Below are positions 19,975 to 30,693 of a stretch of 64,000 nucleotides of DNA, one piece after another (position 1 is the first letter of the stretch; each line of letters opens with the position of its first letter). The stretch covers positions 416,001 through 480,000 of the forward strand of contig CAWHXY010000004.1 of assembly GCA_963833575.1 (NCBI GenBank). Direction: 5' to 3'. The stretch comes from Candidatus Bathyarchaeota archaeon. Its GTDB lineage: Archaea; Thermoproteota; Bathyarchaeia; Bathyarchaeales; Bathycorpusculaceae. Below the pieces are notes generated by a model, which worked only from the letters and a program-made list of their open reading frames with translations, searched no databases and was not told the DNA's origin. A program made the translations under genes and the position numbers.

Positions 19975-21243
19975 ATGAACATTACAGAAAAAATCTTGGC
20001 TAAAGCTTCAGGAAAAGATATTGTGCACCCGGGCGAAATCGTCGATGCTAACGTCGACATGATCATGGTGCATGATTTAACTGGACCGTTAGCTGTTGAA
20101 GCTTTCAAAAAAATAGGCATACACAAAGTTTGGGATAACCAAAAAGCAGTGGTGATACTGGATCATCAAGTTCCAGCTGAATCAATTAAAGCGGCAGAAC
20201 TACACAAAACCATGCGTCAATTCGCTAAAGACCAAAAAATACAAATCTACGACGTAGGCAGAGGCGGAATCTGCCACCAAGTTATGCCTGAAAAAGGACA
20301 TGTTGTTCCAGGAACAGTAATTGTTGGCGCTGACTCACACACGTGCACTTATGGAGCGTTTGGGGCTTTCGCTACAGGCATTGGCTCAACTGAAGCCGCT
20401 GCAGTAATGGCAACAGGAAAAATTTGGCTGAAAGTTCCGGAAGCAATCAAAGTTAACGTGAAGGGAGAATTTCAAAAGTTCGTCACACCAAAAGACCTAA
20501 TCTTGTCAATAATTGGCAAAATGAGTGTTGACGGCGGCACTTACAAAAGCGCAGAGTTTACAGGTCCAACAATTAGAAACATGAGCATTGCTGGAAGAAT
20601 GACAATATGTAACATGGCAGTAGAAATGGGCGCAAAAAATGGCATAATTGAACCAGATGAAACAACACGGAAGTTTCTAGAAGGTAGAGTAAAAACAATG
20701 CCGAACTTTGAAGCGTTGAAAAGCGATAAAGACGCTGCTTATGAGCGCACAGTGGAATTTGATGTTTCAAAAATGGAGCCTCAAGTTGCTTGTCCATCAT
20801 CAGTTGACAATGTTAAACCAGTTTCAGAAGTAGGCAACATGCCAATTGAGCAAGCGTTTATCGGTTCATGCACCAATGGCAGAATCGAAGATTTGCGCTT
20901 AGCCGCCGAAGTAATGAAAGGCAAACGGGTAAAAGACAGAGTCAGAGCGCTTGTGATTCCGGCTTCCCAAGAAGTTTACCGACAAGCCATAGACGAGGGG
21001 TTACTGGAAATATTCACTGACGCAGGCGCTATCGTTTGCGGTTCAGCATGCGGTCCATGCTTAGGGGGACATATAGGATTACTAGCAGCAGGCGAAGCTT
21101 GCGTTAGCACTTCGAATCGAAATTTTATCGGAAGAATGGGGAGCACCCAAGCCAACGTTTTCTTAGCATCTCCAGCAACTGTTGCAGCTTCTGCAATTGC
21201 GGGTAAAATTACTGACCCAAGAAAACTGGAGGCAAAAGCATGA
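19975..21243 (+). CDS. leuC: 3-isopropylmalate dehydratase large subunit (LeuC/HacA family)
   Basis: GADSHT, IGSCTNGR, CGPCLG, STSNRNF; start moved to MNITEKIL. Confidence 0.92.
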   Translation: MNITEKILAKASGKDIVHPGEIVDANVDMIMVHDLTGPLAVEAFKKIGIHKVWDNQKAVVILDHQVPAESIKAAELHKTMRQFAKDQKIQIYDVGRGGICHQVMPEKGHVVPGTVIVGADSHTCTYGAFGAFATGIGSTEAAAVMATGKIWLKVPEAIKVNVKGEFQKFVTPKDLILSIIGKMSVDGGTYKSAEFTGPTIRNMSIAGRMTICNMAVEMGAKNGIIEPDETTRKFLEGRVKTMPNFEALKSDKDAAYERTVEFDVSKMEPQVACPSSVDNVKPVSEVGNMPIEQAFIGSCTNGRIEDLRLAAEVMKGKRVKDRVRALVIPASQEVYRQAIDEGLLEIFTDAGAIVCGSACGPCLGGHIGLLAAGEACVSTSNRNFIGRMGSTQANVFLASPATVAASAIAGKITDPRKLEAKA

Positions 21244-21743
21244 ACATTAAAATCAAAGGTATGGCCATAAAATTCGCAAACAACGTTGATACGGACGTTA
21301 TTCTGCCTGGAAAATATATGACAATAGTTGACCCATACGAGCTGGCAAAACATGCCTTAGAAGGCTTAGATCCAGAGTTCCCTCACAAAGCAAAAGACGG
21401 AGTGATCTTAGTCGGGGGCAAAAACTTCGGATGCGGCTCAAGCAGAGAACAGGCACCGCTTGCTCTAAAGTATGCAGGCGTAAAATGTGTATTAGCTGAA
21501 TCATTCGCCCGAATTTTCTTCCGCAACGCAATCAACATTGGCTTACCAGTAATCGAATGCAAAGGCATATCCGCTGCGGTTGAAACAGGCAACCAGTTAT
21601 CTGTAGACTTTGAAGTTGGCAAGATAGAAAATGAAACCAACGGCAAAAAATTTCAAGTAGAAAAGTTACCACCACTCATACTAGAAATATTAGTTGATGG
21701 TGGATTAATCGAAAACTTACGCAAAAGGATGAACAAAAAATGA
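21240..21743 (+). CDS. leuD: 3-isopropylmalate dehydratase small subunit
   Basis: VDTDVI, NFGCGSSREQA. Confidence 0.92.
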   Translation: MNIKIKGMAIKFANNVDTDVILPGKYMTIVDPYELAKHALEGLDPEFPHKAKDGVILVGGKNFGCGSSREQAPLALKYAGVKCVLAESFARIFFRNAINIGLPVIECKGISAAVETGNQLSVDFEVGKIENETNGKKFQVEKLPPLILEILVDGGLIENLRKRMNKK

Positions 21744-22777
21744 CACAATATGTAATTTCCCTAATTCCTGGAGATGGAATAGGGCCAGAACTAACTGAAG
21801 CAACCCTGAAAATATTAGACGCTGTACAGAAAAACTTTGGCGTAAAGCTTAAGATTGTTGAGGTAGAAGCCGGCGACGGAACCTTAGCCAAAACAGGTGT
21901 AGCCTTGCCTCAAGACAGCATAGAAAAAATCAAGGCATCCCACGCTTGTTTAAAGGGACCTGTAGGCGAAAGCGCAGCCGACGTGATTGTTAAACTGCGA
22001 GTAATGTTTGATTTGTACGCCAATTTGCGTCCACTAAAGGCGTATCCCAACGTTCCCGTTGCTCACCCTGACATAAATATGATATTTGTTCGAGAGAACA
22101 CTGAGGACGTTTACAAAGGCCTAGAATTCACAATAGGTAATGACACAACAATATGCATGAGAGTCATTACACGGAAAAATTGTGAGCGCATAGCCAAAAA
22201 AGCATTTGAGATTGCACGTTTGCGCAATAGCAAGAAGAAAGTAACCGCCATTCACAAAGCCAACGTTATGCGAGTGACCGACGGATTATTCCGTGATGTT
22301 TGCCGCGAAACAGCCAAAAAATACCCAGACATCGCCTTCAACGAATTATACGTTGACGCAGCATCCATGCGGCTCATCAAAGAACCGGAAGTATTTGACG
22401 TATTCTGCACTTGCAACATGTTCGGCGACATTTTATCCGATGAAGCAGCTCAACAAATCGGCGGCTTAGGCATGGCTCCAGGCGCAAACATCGGCGACAA
22501 CTTTGCACTCTTCGAACCAATCCATGGTTCAGCACCAAACAGAACGGGAAAACAAACGGCAAACCCAATCTCCATGATACTGGCCGCAAAAATGATGCTG
22601 GACTGGCTAGGCGAAAAATACAATGACAAAAAATGTACAGAAGCAGGAACTGCAATTGAAAATGGAGTAGTATATGCTTTACGTAACCGTCAATCTGTTC
22701 CAGACTGCGGCGGCACAACCACAACGTTGGGAATGGCAGAAGCCATCGCTGCAGCTTTAACAGTGAAAACTGGTTGA
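21740..22777 (+). CDS. leuB: Isopropylmalate/isocitrate dehydrogenase family enzyme
   Basis: GDGIGPE, RENTE, NMFGDILSD, EPIHGSAP. Confidence 0.88.
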   Translation: MTQYVISLIPGDGIGPELTEATLKILDAVQKNFGVKLKIVEVEAGDGTLAKTGVALPQDSIEKIKASHACLKGPVGESAADVIVKLRVMFDLYANLRPLKAYPNVPVAHPDINMIFVRENTEDVYKGLEFTIGNDTTICMRVITRKNCERIAKKAFEIARLRNSKKKVTAIHKANVMRVTDGLFRDVCRETAKKYPDIAFNELYVDAASMRLIKEPEVFDVFCTCNMFGDILSDEAAQQIGGLGMAPGANIGDNFALFEPIHGSAPNRTGKQTANPISMILAAKMMLDWLGEKYNDKKCTEAGTAIENGVVYALRNRQSVPDCGGTTTTLGMAEAIAAALTVKTG

Positions 22778-22781
22778 AAGT

Positions 22782-24305
22782 ATGACAAATAAAACCCAAA
22801 AAACCATCCGTATTTTTGACACAACTTTAAGAGACGGAGAACAAACTCCGGGGGTCTCTTTAACTGCGGATGATAAGATAGAGATTGCGCGCCAACTAAG
22901 CAAGTTAGGCGTCGACACTATTGAAGCTGGTTTTCCAAGTTCTTCTGAAGGCGAAAAAAAGGTTGTCAAAGATATTGTCAAAATAGGGTTAACCTCTGAA
23001 ATCTGCGCTTTATCAAGGGCAACAACAAATGACATTGACGCGGCAATTGATTGCGACGTTGATTTGATCCACGTTTTTATTCCAACATCTCCCGTTCAGA
23101 TGAAATATGCAGTAAACTTAACGCCTGAACAAGTGTTATCTGCAACTGTAGAGTCGATAGAGCATGTAAAAAAGCATGGGATAAAATGCGAGTTTTCACC
23201 CATGGATGCCACACGCTCAGAAATGCCCTTCCTAAAACAAGTATGTCAAGCAGCAGAGAAAGCAGGGATGGATAGCCTAAATGTTCCCGACACTGTGGGT
23301 ATAATGATTCCTAAAACAACAATTAAACTAATCGAGGAACTAAAAACTGTAGTTAAAGTTCCAATAAGTACACACTGTCATGATGACTTTGGCTTAGCAG
23401 TTGCAAACTCTTTAGCCGCTGTTGAAGCCGGCGCGACCCAAGTACACGTTGCCGTTAACGGACTAGGTGAGCGAGCTGGAAACGCATCTCTAGAAGAAGT
23501 TGTTATGGCTCTACATTCGATTTACAAATACAAAACTGGCGTAAACACACGGTTGTTATACAGCACTTCCCGATTGGTTTCTTCGCTAAGTGGCATAGCT
23601 GTGCAAGCTAACAAAGCAATTGTTGGCGAAAACGCTTTTGCTCATGAATCAGGTATCCACACACGGGGTGTAACTGAGAAACCATTAACCTTTGAACCCA
23701 TAGACCCCGAATTAGTGGGACGAACAAGAAAACTGGTCGCTGGAAAACTAGCTGGAACAAGCGGAATAAAAGCTGAACTTGAAGAAGTAGGCATTCACCC
23801 AACTGGAGAGCAAATCAAAGAAATTGTCCAACGAGTAAAAGAATTAGGCGACAAGGGCAAAATGGTGACGGATGCAGATTTGCTTGCGTTAACTTCTGCT
23901 GTTATGGGTGAAGTTATAGGAGAAGAAAAAATCGTTGACTTATGCGACTTAGCTGTTGTAACAGGCATCAAAGTAATTCCTACAGCTTCAGTTAGGCTTA
24001 CTTTGGATGGAAAAGAATACATTGCGGCAGAAACTGGTGTAGGTCCAGTTGACGCTGTCTTAAAAGCCATCCAAAAACTAACCAACAACTTGGAAAGCAT
24101 ACGGCTTAGCGAATATCGTCTTGAAGCAATCACAGGTGGTTCAAATGCCGTCGCCGAAGTTGTCATAAAAGTTGCTGATGAAAAAGGCAACATTGTTTCT
24201 GCGCGGGCTGCAAGAGAAGATATTGTAATGGCTAGCGTTGAAGCAATGATAAACGGTATAAACAAGCTTTTGATAAAGAATCGTAAGCAGGGAAACAAAA
24301 AGTGA
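22782..24305 (+). CDS. leuA: 2-isopropylmalate synthase (LeuA/CimA family)
   Basis: DTTLRDGEQ, HCHDDFG, GERAGN, C-terminal regulatory domain. Confidence 0.88.
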   Translation: MTNKTQKTIRIFDTTLRDGEQTPGVSLTADDKIEIARQLSKLGVDTIEAGFPSSSEGEKKVVKDIVKIGLTSEICALSRATTNDIDAAIDCDVDLIHVFIPTSPVQMKYAVNLTPEQVLSATVESIEHVKKHGIKCEFSPMDATRSEMPFLKQVCQAAEKAGMDSLNVPDTVGIMIPKTTIKLIEELKTVVKVPISTHCHDDFGLAVANSLAAVEAGATQVHVAVNGLGERAGNASLEEVVMALHSIYKYKTGVNTRLLYSTSRLVSSLSGIAVQANKAIVGENAFAHESGIHTRGVTEKPLTFEPIDPELVGRTRKLVAGKLAGTSGIKAELEEVGIHPTGEQIKEIVQRVKELGDKGKMVTDADLLALTSAVMGEVIGEEKIVDLCDLAVVTGIKVIPTASVRLTLDGKEYIAAETGVGPVDAVLKAIQKLTNNLESIRLSEYRLEAITGGSNAVAEVVIKVADEKGNIVSARAAREDIVMASVEAMINGINKLLIKNRKQGNKK

Positions 24306-25117
24306 AGACAGTAGCCTTCCAAGGCGAACCAGGTGCTTACAGCGAGAGCGCAGTTTATCAGTTCTTCGGAAACGGCACCATAGCTAACCCATACAAGGAT
24401 TTCAAAGCTGTTTTTGACAGTGTTTGCTCTGAGGAAGCCGAGTTTGGCGTTGTTCCGATAGAGAATAGTATTGAGGGTAGCGTCACACAGAATTATGATT
24501 TATTTCTCAGGTACGATTTGAAAGTTTGCGCAGAAGTTATTGTTAAGCTTGAGCATTGCTTAATTGCTAACCCAGGTACCGCCATAGAAGATATTAAAGT
24601 GGTTTATTCGCATCCGCAGGCTTTGGGACAATGTCGAACTTTTCTTGAAGAGTTCGGGCGTGAATTAATATCAACTTACGACACAGCTGGCAGCGTTAAA
24701 ATGATTAAAGAAAAAGGTTTGAAGAATGCAGCGGCAATTGCCAGTGAAAGAGCAGCCAATCTTTATGGCATGCATATCCTCGCCAAAGATATCTCTGACA
24801 ACCCTGAAAATTACACTCGTTTCTTTGTTCTATCTACAGAAGATGCGGCACCAACAGGCAAAGATAAAACTAGCATAATCTTCGCGGCTAAGCACGAGCC
24901 AGGCTCACTCTATCATGCACTGGGTGAATTTGCCAAACGAAACATCAACTTAACAAAAATCGAGTCAAGACCCACTAGACAAACACCCTGGGAATACAAC
25001 TTCTACCTTGACTTTGAGGGACATAGAACCCAACCCCAATGTGCTGACACGTTAATTGCCCTTGAGAAATTTGCCATTTTTGTTAAAGTTCTAGGTTCGT
25101 ACCCCAAAGCAAGATAA
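24302..25117 (+). CDS. pheA: Prephenate dehydratase
   Basis: PIENS, SHPQAL, NYTRF, ESRP. Confidence 0.95.
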   Translation: MKTVAFQGEPGAYSESAVYQFFGNGTIANPYKDFKAVFDSVCSEEAEFGVVPIENSIEGSVTQNYDLFLRYDLKVCAEVIVKLEHCLIANPGTAIEDIKVVYSHPQALGQCRTFLEEFGRELISTYDTAGSVKMIKEKGLKNAAAIASERAANLYGMHILAKDISDNPENYTRFFVLSTEDAAPTGKDKTSIIFAAKHEPGSLYHALGEFAKRNINLTKIESRPTRQTPWEYNFYLDFEGHRTQPQCADTLIALEKFAIFVKVLGSYPKAR

Positions 25118-25192
25118 TTGGTCATTCTATCTTTCTTTGGTTTGTTTGATCAAGCATGATGCATTCTAAATGTTCAAAATTAACGGAAAAAA

Positions 25193-26065
25193 TTACGCCT
25201 CAGTTGATTCAAGCATTTTGTACATTATTTCATAAGACTTAGCATAGTCACCGTCAATTTCTACCAGTTTTGACTTCAGACGCTCCATTCTCTTAACGAT
25301 AGCATCAACGTCTTTGTTTTTGATAAGGTCTAGCCATGCTTGTGCTTTAGCTATGAATTGGTCTTCAATTTCTCCAAGCTTAGGCAAGTTCGTTTGAAGA
25401 CTAGCGTAAAGGTCTGGCGTTTCCAACGCAGTGGCTTCCGCCAGCGTAAACAGCATGCGATAGGTTGTGCCAGCAACTTTTTTGCTTTCAAGGAAGTTCT
25501 TTTGCTCTAGAAGCGTTTCGCATGCAACTAAACCTAGAAAATGCGGTAACCCCAAAACAACTGAAATTATTTCATCGTGTTTTTTTGGTGACATTATAAA
25601 GACGTGTGCTTCCTCAGTTTCCAGCCATTTCTTGAATTCCTCAGCAAACTTTTCTTCCGCTGGATTAGTTGGTGTGAGAACATATGCTTTGTGTTTAAGC
25701 CCAGTGCTTCCTGGACCAAAAACTGGGTGAGTACCCAAGACTGTAGCAGTTTTGATGAACTGGTGCATGGTTTTAACTGGGGCTTCTTTGATTGAGCAAA
25801 TATCCATCACAACTTGACCCTGATGAAGGGCAGGACTGATCGCTTTAACAACTTCTTCGATCGCGCCTATTGATACGCAAAGGAAGATCTGATCAGCCTC
25901 TCGTACTGCCTCTTCGAAATTGGTAGTTAAGTCAACAGTTAAGTCTATGAGTTTCTTGAGTTTCTCTTTTTTCCTATCCGCCAATATGACATCGTAATTT
26001 TTTGAATTAAGAAATTTTGCGAACCAAACGCCCATTTTTCCTGCGCCAATTATGGCAACTTTCAT
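25193..26065 (-). CDS. tyrA: Prephenate dehydrogenase
   Basis: GAGKMG, DICSIK, HPVFGP. Confidence 0.92.
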   Translation of the reverse strand: MKVAIIGAGKMGVWFAKFLNSKNYDVILADRKKEKLKKLIDLTVDLTTNFEEAVREADQIFLCVSIGAIEEVVKAISPALHQGQVVMDICSIKEAPVKTMHQFIKTATVLGTHPVFGPGSTGLKHKAYVLTPTNPAEEKFAEEFKKWLETEEAHVFIMSPKKHDEIISVVLGLPHFLGLVACETLLEQKNFLESKKVAGTTYRMLFTLAEATALETPDLYASLQTNLPKLGEIEDQFIAKAQAWLDLIKNKDVDAIVKRMERLKSKLVEIDGDYAKSYEIMYKMLESTEA

Positions 26066-27186
26066 TCAAGGGCCTCGGTGATTATGTCCAGCGCCGTCTT
26101 TATTTCTTCTCTGGGCGCGGTTAAGGATATTCGGAAATGTTCTCTGTAGTCGCCAAAAGACGTACCTGGAGCAACTGCTACACCTTTGTCAAGTAATTCT
26201 AAAGTGAATTTTTCTGAGTCCAACCCCTGGCGCTTAGGGAAAACATAGAATGGCGCTTCTGGTTTCGTGAATGAGAGCCCTGCTTTTGCTAATGTTTTGG
26301 TTGCCATCTTTGCCCTTTCTTGGTATTCATCTTTTATTGTTGTGGCAAGTTGTTTTTCCATTTCCAGCCCTTTCAAAGCGGCTTCTTGTATGAATACTGG
26401 GACGTTATTAATTGTAATTTGGTTTAGTCTAGTTATATTGTCTACGAGTTGTTTGTTGGCAATGATATAGCCTATTCGCCAACCCGTCATGGTGAAGGTT
26501 TTGGAGAAGCCATTAGATAGAATATGTTTGTGCCCTCCATTGTATTCTAAGATGCTTTTTGCTTTGGTAAATGCAATTGTGCTGTAGACTTCATCTGAGA
26601 GAATTGTGACTCCTTTTTTGTTTGCTATTTCTACTATGCCGTCAAGGGCTTCAGCGTCGATTACTTTGCTCGTGGGGTTGTTTGGGTTGTTGAGTATTAT
26701 CATACGAGTGTCTTTGTCAATCATAGCCTCAAGTTTTTCAAGATCAACTTTCCAGCCGTTTTCCATTTCTGTTCTTAACAGTTTAGTTTGAGCGCCAAGG
26801 CTCTTTGCAGTTAAATCGTAAGCGGTCCAGTAAGGCGTAGGAATGATAACGTTTCCGCCACCCCTCATCATGAGGTACATTGTAGCAAAAATACCCCATT
26901 TAGAACCAGGAGTTATTACTACGTTTTCAGCTTTGACTCCATGTAGCTCTGCGAGTTTTTCGCGTAATTTTAGCTCACCATAGGAGGAGGAATATTTTGT
27001 TTTACCAGCCTTCATGGCATTGTACGCAGCTTCAATTATCTCATCTGGCGTAGCTAGGTCTGGATCGCCTAGGTTTAAGCGAATTATTTTTTTTCCTTCA
27101 CTTTCGAGTTTTAGAGCCTTTTCATTTATTTCATAGAGCACTGTGTCGAGCCTCTCATTGACTTCTTTTTTACTCCTGAACAGCAC
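26062..27186 (-). CDS. Class I/II PLP aminotransferase (aromatic/aspartate)
   Basis: NNPNNPT, SDEVY, SKTFTMTGWRIG. Confidence 0.92.
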   Translation of the reverse strand: MLFRSKKEVNERLDTVLYEINEKALKLESEGKKIIRLNLGDPDLATPDEIIEAAYNAMKAGKTKYSSSYGELKLREKLAELHGVKAENVVITPGSKWGIFATMYLMMRGGGNVIIPTPYWTAYDLTAKSLGAQTKLLRTEMENGWKVDLEKLEAMIDKDTRMIILNNPNNPTSKVIDAEALDGIVEIANKKGVTILSDEVYSTIAFTKAKSILEYNGGHKHILSNGFSKTFTMTGWRIGYIIANKQLVDNITRLNQITINNVPVFIQEAALKGLEMEKQLATTIKDEYQERAKMATKTLAKAGLSFTKPEAPFYVFPKRQGLDSEKFTLELLDKGVAVAPGTSFGDYREHFRISLTAPREEIKTALDIITEALE

Positions 27187-27430
27187 TGCACATATTAACT
27201 ATTTCGCGGTAAACTGCTTCAACTTGTACGGGATCAAGATGAAATTTAACAGCTCTCAGTTTGACCCGCTTGAAAACCTCGTCTTCTCGGCCAAGGTCCC
27301 TTACTGGCACACCATTCTTTTTCTTAACTAAGCCAATTGCCCTACACGCTTTCGTTCTTTCGCAAAGGGCAGTAATGATTTGTTCGTCAATTTCATCAAC
27401 TTTTTTTCGAAGCTTTTCGATTTCATCCAT
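27170..27430 (-). CDS. Chorismate mutase (AroQ type)
   Basis: LRKKVDEID...R...IGLVK...RE pattern. Confidence 0.9.
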   Translation of the reverse strand: MDEIEKLRKKVDEIDEQIITALCERTKACRAIGLVKKKNGVPVRDLGREDEVFKRVKLRAVKFHLDPVQVEAVYREIVNMCSAVQE

Positions 27431-28545
27431 TATTTAGCTCTCTCCAAAACTTTCGGAATAAATCCAGCACGAATCATGTGATCAGCTAAGGTTATTGCCA
27501 CCGCAGATTCAACCGCGGGTACGGCTTTTGGAACTACGCATGGATCATGCCTGCCCTTGATTTTGAGTATAGATTCTTTCATTGTCGAAAGATCAACGGT
27601 TTTCTGTTCTTTGCCGACAGAAGGTGTCGGTTTAATTGCCGCGTGAATTATTATTGGCATGCCATTTGATAATCCGCCTAAGATTCCGCCCATATTATCC
27701 GACAAAGTTGCAACTTTTCCATTTTGCATAATGTAGGCATCGTTACTTTCTGAACCTTTCAACGCTGCAATCGCGGAGCCCAATCCAAACTCAACGCCTT
27801 TAACTGCAGGAACATCAAATAGTGCCTTCGCTAAGTCAGCATCAAGCGAATCGAACAAAGGTTCTCCGACACCCACGGGAACGTTTAAGGCAATGCATTC
27901 AACGGTTCCGCCAATGCTTTCACCTTCTTTTCTGGCATCCACGATGGCTTGCTCCATACGTTCGCCACAGGCCAAGTCCGGACATCTTGTAGCCCCCGCA
28001 TACTTGTTCTGACGAATATCTTCAGTGCTAAATTTCTTGCCACTTGTAATTTTTCCAATCGCGCGAGTATAAGCTAAAACGTCAACGTTGAATTGGCGCA
28101 GTAGTTTTTTTGCTATTGCTCCAGCCATGATGAGTGCAACTGTCACCCTGCCACTGAAGCGCCCACCACCGCGATAATCCTGAAAATCACCATACTTCAA
28201 ATGAGCTGGGTAGTCGGCGTGTCCTGGTCTTGGCAAGTCCTTTATTGCCTCATAATCGCTGGAGTCAACCTCTTTGTTCTCGACAGTCAGAGCGATTGGG
28301 GCACCCGTAGTAAAACCGTTAAAAACTCCTGAAAGAATCATAGCGATGTCTTTCTCGATTCTTGCTGAAACAATTTTTGTCTGAGTTGGAATACGCCTGT
28401 CTAGTTCCATTTGAATGTCGTCTTCTGAGAGAGGCAAACCTGCGGGACACCCATCAATGACTACTCCAATGATTTTGCCATGACTTTCGCCAAAAGTGGT
28501 AATAATAAATTCTTTACCTATCGAATTGCCCGCCAACAATTTCAA
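27430..28545 (-). CDS. aroC: Chorismate synthase
   Basis: FGESHG, RPGHAD, KPTPS, RHDPC. Confidence 0.97.
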   Translation of the reverse strand: MKLLAGNSIGKEFIITTFGESHGKIIGVVIDGCPAGLPLSEDDIQMELDRRIPTQTKIVSARIEKDIAMILSGVFNGFTTGAPIALTVENKEVDSSDYEAIKDLPRPGHADYPAHLKYGDFQDYRGGGRFSGRVTVALIMAGAIAKKLLRQFNVDVLAYTRAIGKITSGKKFSTEDIRQNKYAGATRCPDLACGERMEQAIVDARKEGESIGGTVECIALNVPVGVGEPLFDSLDADLAKALFDVPAVKGVEFGLGSAIAALKGSESNDAYIMQNGKVATLSDNMGGILGGLSNGMPIIIHAAIKPTPSVGKEQKTVDLSTMKESILKIKGRHDPCVVPKAVPAVESAVAITLADHMIRAGFIPKVLERAK

Positions 28546-29818
28546 CTCCTATTTGTTTTAGATCAGTGAAGAACTGCGGATAAGACTTTCTAACGCACTC
28601 AGCATTTCGGATAATGGTTTTTCCTTCCGCGCCTATCGCTGCAACTGAGCAAGCCATCGCTATACGATGGTCATTGTGAGAATCGATCACTGCACCGTGC
28701 AGAGCGCAGGGACCTTCTATGGTTAAGCTGCTTTCATCTACCTTTATTTTTGCACCCATCTTTCCCAATTCAAGATAAAGTGACTTCAACCTATCTGATT
28801 CTTTAAGTTTAAGCCTTTGTGCCCCAGTTATTTTTGACGTACCTTCGGCAAAACACGCAAGCGCTGCACAAACGGGAACCAGATCCGGAATATTTCTTGC
28901 GTCAACGTCTATAGGCTTAAGGTGTACTCCCATTCCATTTATTTCAATGCTGTTATTGCAAACTTTTCCATCAATACCCATTTGTTTAAGGATACCAAGA
29001 ATTACTTTATCGCCCTGCACACTTTTGTATTCAAGATTGTTTAATTGTACTTTGGAGTTGGTTACGGCTGCGGCTGCGAACAGAAAGGAAGCTGAAGAGA
29101 AATCACCCGGAACCCTGCAGTCACACGGTTTATAGGATTGATTTGCCGGAATTTTTATTCGATTAAAGTTATCATGGATTTCAACCCTGATTTCATGTTT
29201 GGAGAGAACATCTAACGTCATTTTAACGTAATCTGAAGATTCAAGCGGAGTTGTCAAAGTGATTTCCGTTTCAACCTTTGCCATTGGGCAAGCAAACATT
29301 AAGCCAGAAATAAATTGCGAGCTAATATCGCCAACAATCGATGTCTCCCCTCCAAGAATCCCACCGCCCAATACAAAAACAGCGTCTTTGCCTCCGAACT
29401 TTCGTATTTGAGCTTTTGCACCGAGATCTTCAAGGCTTTGAAGTAGAGGTTCGATTGGTCTTCGTGTAAGAGAATCATGAAAAACTAGGATTGATGGATC
29501 AGGAGCTAAAGCGGCTACAGGGATCATAAAACGCAACGTAGCACCTGATTCGCCACAGTCAATAGGCTCTTTGGCGTTTGTGAGCGGGTGTGCACCGGTA
29601 ACTGTCCAGCATTCGTCAGCCGTTGCTACTTGCGCGCCTAAAGCGGTGATGGCTCGCAGTGTTGCTTGTGTGTCCTCGGATATGAGAGGGTTCGATACTT
29701 TGGAAATGCCGTTGGTTAGGGCAGCGGCTAAAAGCATTCTTTGTGTGTAAGATTTTGATGGGGAAGCACATATCTCGCCCTTTAAACTTTCTGTTTTTTT
29801 GATGGTTACATCAGTCAT
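28514..29818 (-). CDS. aroA: EPSP synthase
   Basis: SKSYTQR, SSQF, KESDR, DHRIAM. Confidence 0.97.
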   Translation of the reverse strand: MTDVTIKKTESLKGEICASPSKSYTQRMLLAAALTNGISKVSNPLISEDTQATLRAITALGAQVATADECWTVTGAHPLTNAKEPIDCGESGATLRFMIPVAALAPDPSILVFHDSLTRRPIEPLLQSLEDLGAKAQIRKFGGKDAVFVLGGGILGGETSIVGDISSQFISGLMFACPMAKVETEITLTTPLESSDYVKMTLDVLSKHEIRVEIHDNFNRIKIPANQSYKPCDCRVPGDFSSASFLFAAAAVTNSKVQLNNLEYKSVQGDKVILGILKQMGIDGKVCNNSIEINGMGVHLKPIDVDARNIPDLVPVCAALACFAEGTSKITGAQRLKLKESDRLKSLYLELGKMGAKIKVDESSLTIEGPCALHGAVIDSHNDHRIAMACSVAAIGAEGKTIIRNAECVRKSYPQFFTDLKQIGVEIVGGQFDR

Positions 29819-30693
29819 TTATCAATCACCTTAGCTTTCTCGCAGTTCAAATGCGTCTCCAAGATTTCTCCGCCGTATTTTTGTAGGGAGGCTCTCACTG
29901 AATCTAGTTTATCTTTGAATGTAACAGCCGTCACCGCTGGTCCTTTTCCACATAATCCAGCCGCTACTGCTCCAGCAGATAAAGCATCTAATGCTATTGC
30001 AGGGTTGTATCCTGAGGCGGAGGAGTAAATTAAGCCATTAAGCGTGAGTGCCTCCCATATTTTTCCCTCCAATGCAAGCGTATAAGCAATTTCGACAAGA
30101 GGTTTTATCGTTTGCAGCCTGATAACATTGGAGTTAGCCGTATAGGCTTTTTCCAGTGGTAAATGAAACAGCACTACTAAATCTTCCGCCAAAGGCAATT
30201 GTTTTACTATTTTACGTTTCAAATTATCAGTAATCACTATACCGCCGAAGTAAGAAGCGCAAGCATCATCAAGAGCGCCAGTTATTGTAACTTTCGCATC
30301 AAAAGCCGCTTCAACGCCCAGATTTATAACTTCTAAGTCATCAAGCTTTTCGCCTAGCGCGGCGGTAGATGCAAGAGCTACAGCGTTTGCCGCTGCACTG
30401 CTGCTTTTGAGTCCTTTGGCAGCGGGAATGTTGGACCAAGTTGTTATTTTTGCGCCAAAACTTTTGTCTAAACAGAATTTTTTCAGGACTCGGGATACCG
30501 TTTTTTCTACTAGAATGGTGCTTTCTTTTGAGTCCGAGGTTATTTCTGTTTTGAAAACATGAGGTTCATCGGTTAACATGACTTCAGCTTTAGTCCATAA
30601 ATCAACGCCAAAAGCTGCGCCTTTCCCGAGTGCAATGGCGTTAATGATTGTTGCAGCGCCATGAGTTATTGCCGTAGCCTTACCAGTCAACAT
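29815..30693 (-). CDS. aroK: Archaeal (GHMP-type) shikimate kinase
   Basis: GLKSSSA, TGALDDA. Confidence 0.92.
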   Translation of the reverse strand: MLTGKATAITHGAATIINAIALGKGAAFGVDLWTKAEVMLTDEPHVFKTEITSDSKESTILVEKTVSRVLKKFCLDKSFGAKITTWSNIPAAKGLKSSSAAANAVALASTAALGEKLDDLEVINLGVEAAFDAKVTITGALDDACASYFGGIVITDNLKRKIVKQLPLAEDLVVLFHLPLEKAYTANSNVIRLQTIKPLVEIAYTLALEGKIWEALTLNGLIYSSASGYNPAIALDALSAGAVAAGLCGKGPAVTAVTFKDKLDSVRASLQKYGGEILETHLNCEKAKVIDK